Notes under the pieces: model-generated
Seen by the model: the letters and a program-made list of their open reading frames with translations, nothing else
Databases searched by the model: none
Told to the model about the DNA's origin: nothing
Assembly: GCA_963804995.1 (NCBI GenBank)
Contig: CAWDSK010000006.1
Location: 1,376,001 to 1,440,000, forward strand
Length of the DNA stretch: 64,000 nt
Direction: 5' to 3'
Source: an uncultured Acidobacteriota bacterium
GTDB lineage: Bacteria > Acidobacteriota > Terriglobia > UBA7540
Made by a program: the position numbers and the translations under genes
In this document: piece by piece, positions 27,414 to 37,265 of the stretch
Layout of the letters: every line of letters starts with the position of its first letter
Numbering within the stretch: the stretch's first letter is position 1

Positions 27414-28712
27414 ATGAAAAAACGCAAAACGAACAGCGCAGACGGCGAGTGCTCCTCGCGAAGAACTTTTTTGAAGAAGGCAGCGGGGTGGGGCTTGACC
27501 CTCGCGGCCAAGCCGGCTTCTGCCACTACCCTATTCCGCCCACAGGCAGCGACGAGACGGGGCAGGGTCAATTGGCGGACCCACGAGGTCGCGAAGGTCC
27601 CATCGGGCTACCAGGTGGCAGTGGCAGATGTGAATGGCGACGGCCGGCCGGACATCCTGGGATTGAGTGCGGGTAAGAACATCGTCGAGTGGTACGAGAA
27701 TCCGACATGGAAGGCCCGACCTGTGACCACCGCGACGCAAAACAACATCAGCCTGGCGCCACTGTTTCACCCCGGGTATCCGGTGCGGGGCATGGCGCTG
27801 GCAACTGACTTCGCGCTCGATGACAGCACGCACGGCGGCAGCTTGTGGTGGGCCGAGCCGGGAACTGACTGGGCGGCGGAGTGGCGGATCGAGTTGCTGG
27901 GGAAAATTCCCACCTCGCACCGGCTGCGCTGGGCAAACCTGGATGGCACGGGGCGGTTGGCGCTGGTGGACGCAGTTCTACTGGGCTTCGGCGCAGTGGC
28001 TCCGGATTACAAAGTGCCGGCGCCGCTGACTTGGTTCGAAATGCCGGAACAGCTTTTGCGTGGGCACGTCTCAGCCGGAGGGCCGCCACCGGCCGCCTGG
28101 ACTTCGCACGTGATCGACGCTTCCACTACCGTCGTGCATGGAATCAACGTGCTGGATTGGGATGGCGATGGACGCGATGAAATCCTGACGGCGAGTTTTG
28201 AAGGTGTGCATCTGTATCACGCCGCTGGACGCGGCGCTGAAATTACCTGGACCAAGACACACCTCGCCGCGGGGGATCAACAGTCAACGCCTAAGCGCGG
28301 TTCGAGCGAAATCGGATTGGGGAAGGTGGGCGGGAAGCGCTACCTTGCCACCATCGAACCTTGGCACGGCGACCAGGTGGTGGTCTATCTGGAAGGCAAA
28401 CCGGGTGAGTTGTGGAACCGTCACGTGATCGATACGAGTTTCAACGATGGGCACGCCCTCGCCTGCGCAGATTTGGATGGCGACGGTAACGATGAAATCG
28501 TGGCGGGCTACCGCGGACCGGGCACCAGCCTCTGCGTTTATTACGCTGCGGACGCTTCCGGGATGAATTGGGAGAGACAACTGCTGGATGCAGAGATGGG
28601 CACGTCCTGCGTGGTTATCTGGGATCTGAATGGCGACGGCCGCAAAGATGTCGTGGCCATTGGCTCCTCAACCGGAAATGTGAGGTGGTACGAGAACGGG
28701 GGACTGATGTAG
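27414..28712 (+). CDS. Tat-exported FG-GAP/VCBS beta-propeller protein, possibly aldos-2-ulose dehydratase-like
   Basis: SRRTFLK signal; DVNGDGRPDI, DWDGDGRDEI, DLDGDGNDEI, DLNGDGRKDV repeats; His motifs SHRLRW, EPWHGDQV, GHALAC. Confidence 0.8.
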   Translation: MKKRKTNSADGECSSRRTFLKKAAGWGLTLAAKPASATTLFRPQAATRRGRVNWRTHEVAKVPSGYQVAVADVNGDGRPDILGLSAGKNIVEWYENPTWKARPVTTATQNNISLAPLFHPGYPVRGMALATDFALDDSTHGGSLWWAEPGTDWAAEWRIELLGKIPTSHRLRWANLDGTGRLALVDAVLLGFGAVAPDYKVPAPLTWFEMPEQLLRGHVSAGGPPPAAWTSHVIDASTTVVHGINVLDWDGDGRDEILTASFEGVHLYHAAGRGAEITWTKTHLAAGDQQSTPKRGSSEIGLGKVGGKRYLATIEPWHGDQVVVYLEGKPGELWNRHVIDTSFNDGHALACADLDGDGNDEIVAGYRGPGTSLCVYYAADASGMNWERQLLDAEMGTSCVVIWDLNGDGRKDVVAIGSSTGNVRWYENGGLM

Positions 28713-29284
28713 GGCTCAGAAGGCAGAAGGCAGAAGGCTTTGACACCTCAATGGTGCAGCGGCATGCAAGAAACGAATGGTCGAGGGCAAAGGAAAGAAT
28801 TGAGACATCTTTTGGGCCAAGCCGCAGGCTGGCGGGCTGCTCGGCGGTTAAGCTTGCGGGTTCGCGGAGAGCATCAGAATTACCATGCCGGTCAGAACGA
28901 GTACAAACTGGATCATGAAGAACATCGGAACTATTTGGTGTAGGACGCTCATTTTAACCTCCCGCCGTCTTCCTTAGCTTTCACAACTTCTGGGTCTATC
29001 TCGGCGTTCACCTACCTAATCGGCGGGGGGCAAGAACTTCATGAATGTTTTTTAATGTTATGGGAGAGACAAGATGTACCTAGGCAAAAATGTCGCCAAT
29101 CCGCATTTCTTACCGCAGTGGGGTGGGGCTGCCGGAAGGGCGGGGCATCAGGATCTGTATGAAATCCCTGATCTGTAGGGGCGGTCGGCGCCAGCCCCCA
29201 GTGGTGGGGACCGCCAACTTTTAGAATCAACGACTTCGGCGATCAGAGTTCGCCGCTACGAGAAAGCCAAAGTGAACTGCCACC

Positions 29285-29581
29285 TTAGAAGCGATAAATC
29301 GGCGTAGACAGTTTGGATGTGACTAAGTGCGCCAAGCGGGCGGCTGACCCATAGGTTCGCCGCGGCAGGCCACCCACAAAGGCCAAGCTTCTGAGGATGG
29401 CCGCGGTGCCGGTTTCGCGCCCCAGGAGGGGAACATCTGGCCGCGCCACGAGCAGCGCCACGACCATGATCGTTAATACCACCAGAAACTGGATCAGGAA
29501 GAATGCGAGAGCAATCCGAAGAATGACGCCCATGCTGACCTCCCGCCGGCCAACGGCACGCGCTTCCATTCGTCTTGCCAA
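29285..29581 (-). CDS. Possible small membrane protein
   Basis: Long hydrophobic stretch; GGAGG precedes the internal ATG (MGVILR...). Confidence 0.35.
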   Translation of the reverse strand: MARRMEARAVGRREVSMGVILRIALAFFLIQFLVVLTIMVVALLVARPDVPLLGRETGTAAILRSLAFVGGLPRRTYGSAARLAHLVTSKLSTPIYRF

Positions 29582-29781
29582 TCGCGCCGGGGCTCGGCGT
29601 ACAGGTATCTAATCGGTTGGAAGTCAGGGCCACATGAATCATTCTTAACGTGGCGGAAAGGACGAGCGGTAGCAGGATTGGCGCGGCGTGAGGGTCACGG
29701 ATGCGGAAAACTTCCGTGGCCGATCAGGATTCCCCCCAATCCAACAGTATGGGCAGCAACCCCATACGCGGCGAGGCAGTC

Positions 29782-29891
29782 GGTTCTGGTGCAGTTTGAT
29801 GTAAAGGCGGCGGCATACATCCCGATCTGATCGAGACGCCGCCATATGGCGAGGTAAACTCGCCGCTACACAATCAAACTGCACCACTACC
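29782..29891. repeat. REP/MITE-like element, family 1
   Basis: Ends ggttctggtgcagtttga / tcaaactgcaccactacc; internal ggcgaggtaaactcgccgctac and tcccgatctgatcgaga. Confidence 0.8.
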
Positions 29892-29943
29892 AGGCAGTCG
29901 TACACGTTGACACACCTCGCCGCGCAGGGGGAAAATCCTAGTT

Positions 29944-30378
29944 ATGCATCAGTTGAGGAAAACCATGTGGGCCGTCGCTCTCGGACTTCTTCTGGCCGGG
30001 CCGGCGGTTCGCGCGCAGGTCCCTGAGAAAATACCGCTTCCCTCGGGCAATGACGATTGGGAGTATACGAACCCGGGGCCGGCAAAATCCGTGGAAATCG
30101 GAAACTTTTATTTGCACAAAGGCAATTTGAAGGGGGCCCTCAGCCGCTTTCAAGAGGCGATCAAGACGAACCCGCATTACGCGCCGGCATTCCTGGGCTT
30201 GGGCAAGGTGTATGAAAAGATGGGCCAGAAGCAGAAGGCGCTAGAGTCTTACGAGCGTTATTTGGACGAGCTTCCCTCCGCTAGGGATGCCGACAACGCC
30301 AAGGCGGCGCAGAGGGCCATAGCACGCTTGCAGAAGGAAGTGGGGACAGGCAAGCCCAACCCTACTCCTCCCCGTTAG
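29944..30378 (+). CDS. Exported tetratricopeptide-repeat protein
   Basis: Signal peptide; IGNFYLHKGNLKGALSRFQEA and LGLGKVYEKMG TPR motifs. Confidence 0.85.
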   Translation: MHQLRKTMWAVALGLLLAGPAVRAQVPEKIPLPSGNDDWEYTNPGPAKSVEIGNFYLHKGNLKGALSRFQEAIKTNPHYAPAFLGLGKVYEKMGQKQKALESYERYLDELPSARDADNAKAAQRAIARLQKEVGTGKPNPTPPR

Positions 30379-30751
30379 GTTCCTCCTCCTCCGTACCCGT
30401 GGGCGTCACCGTATCGAGATAGTCCCGCAACACATGCCCGGCGCGCACGGCGTCTTCTTCGCGCACGAGCAATTGGACATCCAGCACTGGGATGATTTCC
30501 GCCGACCCTCCCCCGGACAGCGTGCAAGGAATTCTCTGCGATTGCAGGATGCTTTGCGCCACTTCGGCATCCATTTGCGCGGTGCCGCTGGTGAAGACTC
30601 GCACTGGAACCAGCTTTACGTTTTTTTCATCACTGAGCTCGAGGGTCGGAGGGGCCTCGGGCGGCGGGCCGGGGAGCAAAAGAGCTCCGCAGTCTTCGCA
30701 CTGGGTGGTGCCATCCACGTACTCGATGAAACACGAAGGACAGTACGGCAT
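30362..30751 (-). CDS. Zinc-ribbon plus DUF2007-like putative signal-transducing protein
   Basis: MPYCPSC...CEDCG; AEVAQSILQSQRIPC; LLVREEDA; GAGG RBS. Confidence 0.8.
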   Translation of the reverse strand: MPYCPSCFIEYVDGTTQCEDCGALLLPGPPPEAPPTLELSDEKNVKLVPVRVFTSGTAQMDAEVAQSILQSQRIPCTLSGGGSAEIIPVLDVQLLVREEDAVRAGHVLRDYLDTVTPTGTEEEEPNGEE

Positions 30752-30935
30752 AACGCACCTCGCCTTCCACTCCTTAGTATAAACCTGGGGGAGCCCGAGA
30801 GCGCTGATTCGTTGCGCAGGATTTCTATGATTGCACCGTCTGGCGCGCTATAATGCCGTCGCATCTTGGGGCTTAGCAGCCGGGGCAGGCACGATGAACG
30901 TCCGGCTGAAGCTCCACCCTATTCAGGAGGTATTT

Positions 30936-31112
30936 ATGTCGTGGCTTCCACGCGTGCTCGTGATCCTCGCTACTCTAGGGCTACTGGTGGGCCTCGCGGA
31001 TCGCATCGTGAAAAGTGGGTTCCTCGGAGATCCGGTTTTCTTCTGGCGCGGTTCAGTGGCCTTGTTGATACTGTCGATCGCCATTAGCGTCAATCAGAAT
31101 CGCAGCAAGTGA
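30936..31112 (+). CDS. Small (58 aa) two-helix membrane protein
   Basis: AGGAGG RBS 5 nt before ATG; two hydrophobic segments. Confidence 0.65.
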   Translation: MSWLPRVLVILATLGLLVGLADRIVKSGFLGDPVFFWRGSVALLILSIAISVNQNRSK

Positions 31113-31149
31113 AGGGTATCGGGTCATCGATTCATCGGGCCATCGGGTC

Positions 31150-32928
31150 ATGGGGAAAACTATGTCCCGGTGGCCCGAGGGCTCACTTGCCCATACCTGG
31201 GGGTTTGTCGTGACTTCACGGACTGACATTTGCCGGCGAACAGTGAGGCTGGCACTGCCCAGCGTTCTAGTGGCGGTCATGGCAATCGCTGGTTTTATGG
31301 TCCGCCAACCACGGGCGGAAGAAGCGCAATACGACCTGCTGATCATTAACGGCCATATCGTGGATGGCAGTGGAAGCCCATGGTTTGAGGGCAGCGTGGC
31401 CGTGAAGGACGGCAAGATCGCGGACATAGGGAGATTGATCAATGCCACGGCACGCCGCGTGATCGACGCGAAGGGACTGGTCGTCGCGCCAGGATTCATC
31501 GACCTGCACAGCCATTCTGATCGCACCCTGCTGGTTGACGGCAAGGCGGAAAGCAAGATCCGTCAAGGCGTGACCACGGAGATTCTGGGCGAAGACCACT
31601 CGGCCGGACCGGTTCCGCCCGGCGCGTCGAAAAATCTGACAGAGTACGGATTGACCCGTGACTGGACGACGCTCGGCGAGTACCTGGCGCGCCTCGAACG
31701 CCAAGGTATGTCTGTGAACATCGCTTCTTACGTGGGCGCGGGGCAAGTGCGCGAGGTGGTACTGGGCAACGCCAATCGGGCTCCGACGCCGGCGGAGCTT
31801 GAAAAGATGAAAGCGCTGGTGGACCAGGCGATGCGCGAGGGTGCGATCGGGCTTTCCTCCGGTTTGATCTACCTCCCCAACCTTTATGCCCAGACCGATG
31901 AGCTGATTGAGTTGGCCAAAGTGGCGGCGAAGTATGGCGGGATTTACACCAGCCACATGCGCGGTGAGGGCGCCCACTGGAAAAAGTCCGTCGACGAAGT
32001 GATCGAGATCAGCGAGAAAGCGGGCCTGCCGGCTCACATCCTGCACTTCAAGATCGATGGCAAGGCAAACTGGGGACAGATGGCGGAGCAGGTTAAAGAG
32101 GTTCAGGCGGCGCGCGACCGTGGCGTGGACATCACGGCGAATCAGTATCCTTACATCGCCTCCATGACCGATCTCGAGACGTGCATTCCACCTAAGTACC
32201 TGGCGGGGACTTCGGCGGATGAAGTGAAACGGCTCCAAGACCCCAAGGTGCGCGCGGAGATTCGCCAGGCCATCGCGACGGGATTGCCCGGCTGGGAAGC
32301 AAACCAGGTGCAGAGCGTGGGGGGATGGCACGGGGTCATGGTGGCGTCGCTTCAAAAGCCGGAGAACAAGAAATACGAAGGTAAGCGCATGGATGAAATC
32401 GCGAAGCTGATGGGCAAAGACCCCGTGGACGCGCTGTGCGATCTATTGGTTTCGGAAGGCGGGGCAGCGGAAGCCATCTACTTCAACATGAGTGACCAGG
32501 ACGTGGAATTGGCCATGAAGGAATCCTGGGTCGGAATCGGCTCCGACGGTGGAGCGGTCTCACCGGAGATGACCTTCGTGGGCAGGCCCCATCCGCGCTT
32601 CTACGGAACTTTTCCGCGTGTCCTGGGAGTCTATGTGCGCGAGAAACATGTGCTGACGCTCCCCGACGCGGTGCGCAAGATGACGTCACTTTCAGCGGCG
32701 ATCACCGGCCTCACGGACCGCGGCATGCTCCGGCCGGGGATGGCGGCGGATATCACCCTCTTCAATCCCGAAACGGTGATCGATAAGGCTACCTTCGAAG
32801 ATCCTATGCAGTACCCCGTGGGCATTCCGTATGTCATCGTGAACGGCACCGTGGTGATCGACCAGGGCCAGCATACTGGCGCGAAGCCGGGACGCGTGCT
32901 GCGCGGTCGGGGTAAGAGCAGCGGTTAG
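31150..32928 (+). CDS. N-acyl-D-amino-acid deacylase (D-aminoacylase) family amidohydrolase
   Basis: PGFIDLHSHSD, QGVTTE, SHMRGE, GSDG, HPRFYGTFPRVL; start uncertain. Confidence 0.9.
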   Translation: MGKTMSRWPEGSLAHTWGFVVTSRTDICRRTVRLALPSVLVAVMAIAGFMVRQPRAEEAQYDLLIINGHIVDGSGSPWFEGSVAVKDGKIADIGRLINATARRVIDAKGLVVAPGFIDLHSHSDRTLLVDGKAESKIRQGVTTEILGEDHSAGPVPPGASKNLTEYGLTRDWTTLGEYLARLERQGMSVNIASYVGAGQVREVVLGNANRAPTPAELEKMKALVDQAMREGAIGLSSGLIYLPNLYAQTDELIELAKVAAKYGGIYTSHMRGEGAHWKKSVDEVIEISEKAGLPAHILHFKIDGKANWGQMAEQVKEVQAARDRGVDITANQYPYIASMTDLETCIPPKYLAGTSADEVKRLQDPKVRAEIRQAIATGLPGWEANQVQSVGGWHGVMVASLQKPENKKYEGKRMDEIAKLMGKDPVDALCDLLVSEGGAAEAIYFNMSDQDVELAMKESWVGIGSDGGAVSPEMTFVGRPHPRFYGTFPRVLGVYVREKHVLTLPDAVRKMTSLSAAITGLTDRGMLRPGMAADITLFNPETVIDKATFEDPMQYPVGIPYVIVNGTVVIDQGQHTGAKPGRVLRGRGKSSG

Positions 32929-32958
32929 GGACGCGTTGCCGGGAACGAACGGGTCGCC

Positions 32959-34968
32959 TCACTTGGCGGGCGTGAAGATCACCGCCGCCCCGCCGCCCGG
33001 CGCGAGGTGCAGTGTGAGCTTGTCACCTGCCTTCACACGCTGGGTCGAAATCGCGAGACTCTTGGCATCCTTATCCGCATCCGCTCCGTCAGCGAAAATC
33101 TGAGTTGCAAAATCTCCCGAGCCCAAGAAGCTGAGCGGGATTTCAAGATCCCGTGCGTCCCAATTTGTCATCGCACCCAGATACCAGGTGTCGCCGTGAC
33201 GGCGGGCAATAGTGAGGTAGCGCGCCGGTTCGCCGTTCAAAACTTTCGTTTCATCCCAAACCGTGGGAACCTTATCGAGGAACTCCATCCCGGGGTTGTG
33301 GTCATAAGCTTCGGGGTAATCGGAGAGCATCACGAGCGGGCTTTCGAACACCACATACATAGCCAACTGATGGCCCCGGGTGCCCTGGCACATGGGCTCA
33401 ACATTGCGGGGTTTGAACTGGTCGCGCGTGGCGTTGTTGAAGCAGCCCGGCGTGTAGTCCATGGGCCCGGCAAGCATGCGCGTGAAGGGAATAGTGACGT
33501 CGTGTTCGGGGGTCACGCGGTCGCTCCACTTGCTGTACTCCATGCCCATCACACCTTCGCGGGTAAGGAGATTGGGGTAAGCCCGGCGCAGGCCCGTGGG
33601 CTTGTACGCTCCATGCAGGTCCACGACCATATGATGCTGCGCCGCCTTGCGGACCAGGCGCTCGTAAAAGTTCACCATCTCCTGATCATCGTGGTCCATG
33701 AAATCCACTTTGATGCCCGCCGCCCCCCACTTTGAATAGAGGTCGAGGGCTTCGTCCATCTGTTTATCGATCGCTCCCCAGTAAACCCACAGCAGCACTT
33801 TGACGCCCTTCTGCTTCCCATAAGCAATGATTCCCGGCACATCCACTTCCGGAACGTGTCGCAGGATATCTTCCGGATGCGTGTAATCCTTGGCCGGGTA
33901 CCAGCCCGCATCCACCAGCATGTACTCGAGACGGTGCTCAGCCGCGAAATCAATGTAATGCTCCATGGTGGCGGTGTTCATACCCGGCTTGAAGCTGACG
34001 CCGCGCGCGAAGCTTCCTGACCACCAATCCCACGCCGCTTTGCCGGGCTGGATCCAGGAAGTGTCCGCGAGTGCGGAAGGCGCGCTGAGGTCGAGAATAA
34101 GGTAACTGGATTCGATGAGGCCGCCCGGTCGGTCGTTGATCAGGAGCACACGCCAGGGCGAAGTCTTGGGCGTCGCGCCCACGACAACTTCATCCATGCG
34201 CTTGGAACCCTGCGAAAGTTTGCTTACCAGGGCGTTGTCGAATCCGGGGACGCCGCCGACGTACATGCCGGCGTAATCCGTCAGGTCGGCTTCCAAAAGC
34301 GCCACCCAGGGTCCGCCGGGAGTCTCCACCAGCAGCGGCAGGTTGATGATCGAAGCCGGCTTGATTTCATGCAAGCTGATGGGACGGTACTCGCCTTCGT
34401 TGCTGGTGTTGAAGCGCCCCTGGTTCAAGGCAAAAGCCGAGGCATCGCGCGCAAAATAAAAGCCCGTGTTCTCCGCCATCAGGGTGAATTTTTCAAGGCC
34501 CGCCTGTTGGGGCAGGAAGTAGCGAAAGGCCGCGCCCTCATTGTAGGCGCGGAAAATCAGGTCGACGCGGCGTCGGGGCGTTTGCTCCTCCTCGAGCGAC
34601 ACGCACAGTTGGTTGTAATGGTCGGGGACGTTCCGCTGGGCGCCGAAGGGATTCGTCCAGGCGTCGTCGTGCGAGTGCCGGTCCGTGGCGACAATCTTGA
34701 AGTCGTGATCGAGCGTCGAGGCGCCTTCGAAGTCAAGGCCCAGGGGAGAGTCCGCCAAGACAGGCACGCCCTGGTAGCTGATCCGGTAATAAGCCCGTTC
34801 CCCGGGCAAGTAGGGTTGAAGATTGGATTTGAGAGCGAAGGAAATCTCCAGTTTGCCATCGGGTGAAGCAACCGTCAGCGCTTCCGCCGCGAAGACAATT
34901 CGAGGGGGAATCAGGGTAAGCAGGATGCACGTCAACGCGAATAGAAGGTGAGATGATTTGCGTGTCAT
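32959..34968 (-). CDS. Glycoside hydrolase family 97 (alpha-glucosidase/galactosidase)
   Basis: WIQPGKAAWDWW, YIDFAA, GIKVDFM, TREGVMGMEY, FTRMLAGPMDYTPG; signal peptide; AAGGAG RBS. Confidence 0.93.
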   Translation of the reverse strand: MTRKSSHLLFALTCILLTLIPPRIVFAAEALTVASPDGKLEISFALKSNLQPYLPGERAYYRISYQGVPVLADSPLGLDFEGASTLDHDFKIVATDRHSHDDAWTNPFGAQRNVPDHYNQLCVSLEEEQTPRRRVDLIFRAYNEGAAFRYFLPQQAGLEKFTLMAENTGFYFARDASAFALNQGRFNTSNEGEYRPISLHEIKPASIINLPLLVETPGGPWVALLEADLTDYAGMYVGGVPGFDNALVSKLSQGSKRMDEVVVGATPKTSPWRVLLINDRPGGLIESSYLILDLSAPSALADTSWIQPGKAAWDWWSGSFARGVSFKPGMNTATMEHYIDFAAEHRLEYMLVDAGWYPAKDYTHPEDILRHVPEVDVPGIIAYGKQKGVKVLLWVYWGAIDKQMDEALDLYSKWGAAGIKVDFMDHDDQEMVNFYERLVRKAAQHHMVVDLHGAYKPTGLRRAYPNLLTREGVMGMEYSKWSDRVTPEHDVTIPFTRMLAGPMDYTPGCFNNATRDQFKPRNVEPMCQGTRGHQLAMYVVFESPLVMLSDYPEAYDHNPGMEFLDKVPTVWDETKVLNGEPARYLTIARRHGDTWYLGAMTNWDARDLEIPLSFLGSGDFATQIFADGADADKDAKSLAISTQRVKAGDKLTLHLAPGGGAAVIFTPAK

Positions 34969-34993
34969 GGATGGTCCCTCCTTGCGGGACACT

Positions 34994-35725
34994 TCATCGT
35001 GCGCAGAATTTCTTGAGCTGGCGGCAGGCTAGTTCATATTTGGGAAACTTCTTCTCAGCCTCGCGAAATTCCCGCGAGTGTATGACCCGACGATGACCGT
35101 GCCGCTCGACGGGGAAACGCATGTGCAGCATTTCGTGGTAGACAACATACTCCACCAGGTAAGGCGGGACAAGGGGCGCATCAAGCAGGCGGCTGACGAT
35201 AATCGCCCCGTGCCCGGAGTCATAGTGCCCCAGAAGGGAGCGCGCGTTCTGGTGGCTCCAGCCGAGGCGAGGCATGGGAAGCTGGTCGTGGAAGAAGCGA
35301 TGATTCAGGTGGCGGAATATCTCTTCCAGGTCATAGACCAGGCCACGGGCGGGCAACAGGCGTTTGGTCCCGCGCTCCCGCCGCACCGCGTCAATGCGGC
35401 TGCGCACCGTGGACCGGAACGTGTAGGCCAAGTAGCATTCGCGAGCCTCGCGCGAGGGACGCCGCCGGAAAATTCGCGCCAGCAGGATTTCCGCCAGCGC
35501 TTCCAGGATGATGGGCGAAGCCTCCGCCAGAACATCGGAGACGCGGGCTACCACCTTACCATTTCGCAAGGAGATAGTACTGCGCAACCCAGGAAAGGGA
35601 TGGAAGTCAGCGCAGATACCCGCGACCGGCGACTTGATTCGCAGACGGTGAAAGACCCGATGGAATAATTCGTTGAGATCGGGCGGCCCCGCCAAGGGCA
35701 AGACGAGCTGTTCGGCTGGTTTCAT
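34994..35725 (-). CDS. SprT/M48-like zinc metallopeptidase domain protein
   Basis: LGHYD, YVVYHEMLH, HSREFREAE. Confidence 0.85.
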   Translation of the reverse strand: MKPAEQLVLPLAGPPDLNELFHRVFHRLRIKSPVAGICADFHPFPGLRSTISLRNGKVVARVSDVLAEASPIILEALAEILLARIFRRRPSREARECYLAYTFRSTVRSRIDAVRRERGTKRLLPARGLVYDLEEIFRHLNHRFFHDQLPMPRLGWSHQNARSLLGHYDSGHGAIIVSRLLDAPLVPPYLVEYVVYHEMLHMRFPVERHGHRRVIHSREFREAEKKFPKYELACRQLKKFCAR

Positions 35726-35770
35726 AAGGGCAGTGGCGAATGATTGGTGGATTTTGGTTCGCCGCTCTCT

Positions 35771-35994
35771 GAAGGGCGGGGCTTTAGACCCGCCCTAGAG
35801 TTTCTACATTTCCAGCTCAGCACCACCCCCGCCGCTAGCGCGTCGCCCCTCCTCATCTGAGGAGGGGAGCCTCGCGGAACTCCCCTCCTGAATCAGGAGG
35901 GGTGGCGCGATAGCGCCGGGGTGGTTTCCGGCATGTAATTCAAGGCGTAGGTAAATGTAGAAACTCCAGCGGCGGGGCTAAAGCCCCGCCCTTC
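35771..35994. repeat. Nested inverted-repeat element (REP/MITE-like)
   Basis: ~41-bp arms gaagggcggggctttagacccgcc-ctagagtttctacattt and their reverse complement; internal cccctcct...aggagggg hairpins. Confidence 0.8.
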
Positions 35995-36052
35995 CATCCC
36001 CCGGCAAATAAGGTTGCTATTTCCTACAACTAGCCACTAACCACTGCCTTTT

Positions 36053-36694
36053 CTAATTCTCGTCCGCGTCGGCAGGGACACCTTTCTGGTGCTCCTTCTT
36101 CCTCAGTTTCTTCTCTTCCTTGGCGCGCTTCTTCTCATCCTTCTCACGCTCCTGAACGGCGTGAGCGTCGGCCTTTTCTTCGCGTTTAATTTCCCCAAAC
36201 AACTTCACTTGCTCGGTGAAAGCCTTCGAGGCCCCGTCGAGCGCATCATCGAAATCGTCAATCGCGTCGCCAAGGTTCTTGCGGTAGGCGTCCACATAAG
36301 GATCGGATGATTGCTGAATATGCCGGAGCTGCTCCTCCTGTTTGGGTCCAGTCTCGATGAACTTCTTCAGCCCGGTGCGCATATCGCTGTGGCGGTCGTA
36401 CTGAACCTGGATCCAGTTCTTCAACTCATCGGTTATGCGAATATACTGGTCAAACTGTTGCTCAAGGTAAGCCGCGACATCGACCGTGGGATCAGGCGGG
36501 CGGTTGCGATAATCCTCAATCCGCTCGAGCCGGGTTTGGGCAAATTCCAAATACACCCCAATTCGCTCTGAAGGGTCCTGTTCTTCCCGGATCTTGTCCG
36601 CTTCCTCCTCACTCAGGTAATCCTCCTTGCGGTCAGCGCGTGTCAACCCCGGCACAGCCACGAGGAGCAGGAGTGAAGCCAATAGGGCACGCAT
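36053..36694 (-). CDS. Hypothetical exported helical protein
   Basis: Signal peptide MRALLASLLL; DYLSEEEADKIREEQDPSERI; charged C terminus. Confidence 0.75.
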   Translation of the reverse strand: MRALLASLLLLVAVPGLTRADRKEDYLSEEEADKIREEQDPSERIGVYLEFAQTRLERIEDYRNRPPDPTVDVAAYLEQQFDQYIRITDELKNWIQVQYDRHSDMRTGLKKFIETGPKQEEQLRHIQQSSDPYVDAYRKNLGDAIDDFDDALDGASKAFTEQVKLFGEIKREEKADAHAVQEREKDEKKRAKEEKKLRKKEHQKGVPADADEN

Positions 36695-36701
36695 GCGGCA
36701 T

Positions 36702-37251
36702 TCACCACACTTCTGAAAAGCTGCCGGGACCCGCAAATCGCTGGGGCGTGGCAGGAGGATTGGTGGTATGAGGTTTCGAGGCGGGGAACAGCGCCTGAAG
36801 TACCTCAGTCCGAATCCGATCCATTTCCTTGGCAGCCTTCTCGATGGGAGGGCGTTCGAAATAACCCACTTTCCGGGCCATGTCTTCCAGCGTACGAGCT
36901 CGTTCGCGAAGCGCAATATCCAGCTCCTTGAATCCCTGCGGTTGTTTCGCCGCTTTCCGCCCCGATCCTTCGAAGATCTTTCCAGGAAGCCTGCATGTGC
37001 GTAACAAAGGTTTCTACCAGCTTAGCGCCCGATTCCGTGTCGCCCTTGGCATAAGCGTCCTGGGCCTGCTCGAGCTTGATTTCCGCGAGCTTCATTTCAT
37101 CCTTGGCCCTGTTTACTGGATTCTGTTCGTTTTGGATGCGTTGTACGAGTTGCTCCTCGGTCTCGCGCCCTGGGGCAGGCGAGCCAGGCAAGACCAGGAT
37201 GCCGGAAACTAACCAGCCAACCAGAATGAAGGTACAACGTCGCCACTGCAT
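36702..37251 (-). pseudogene. Exported hypothetical gene split by a +1 frameshift near 36980 (or a sequencing error)
   Basis: N-half MQWRR...HMQASWK joins C-half IFEGSGRKAAKQPQGFKELDIALRE... if one A is removed from tggaaagatc. Confidence 0.65.
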
Positions 37252-37265
37252 ACGTATGATTATAG

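Noticed and set aside
31117..31152. Heptamer tandem repeats (also ~1355, ~1500-1590, ~28715, ~36025)
   Set aside because: Short degenerate intergenic repeats with no evidence of a specific function here.
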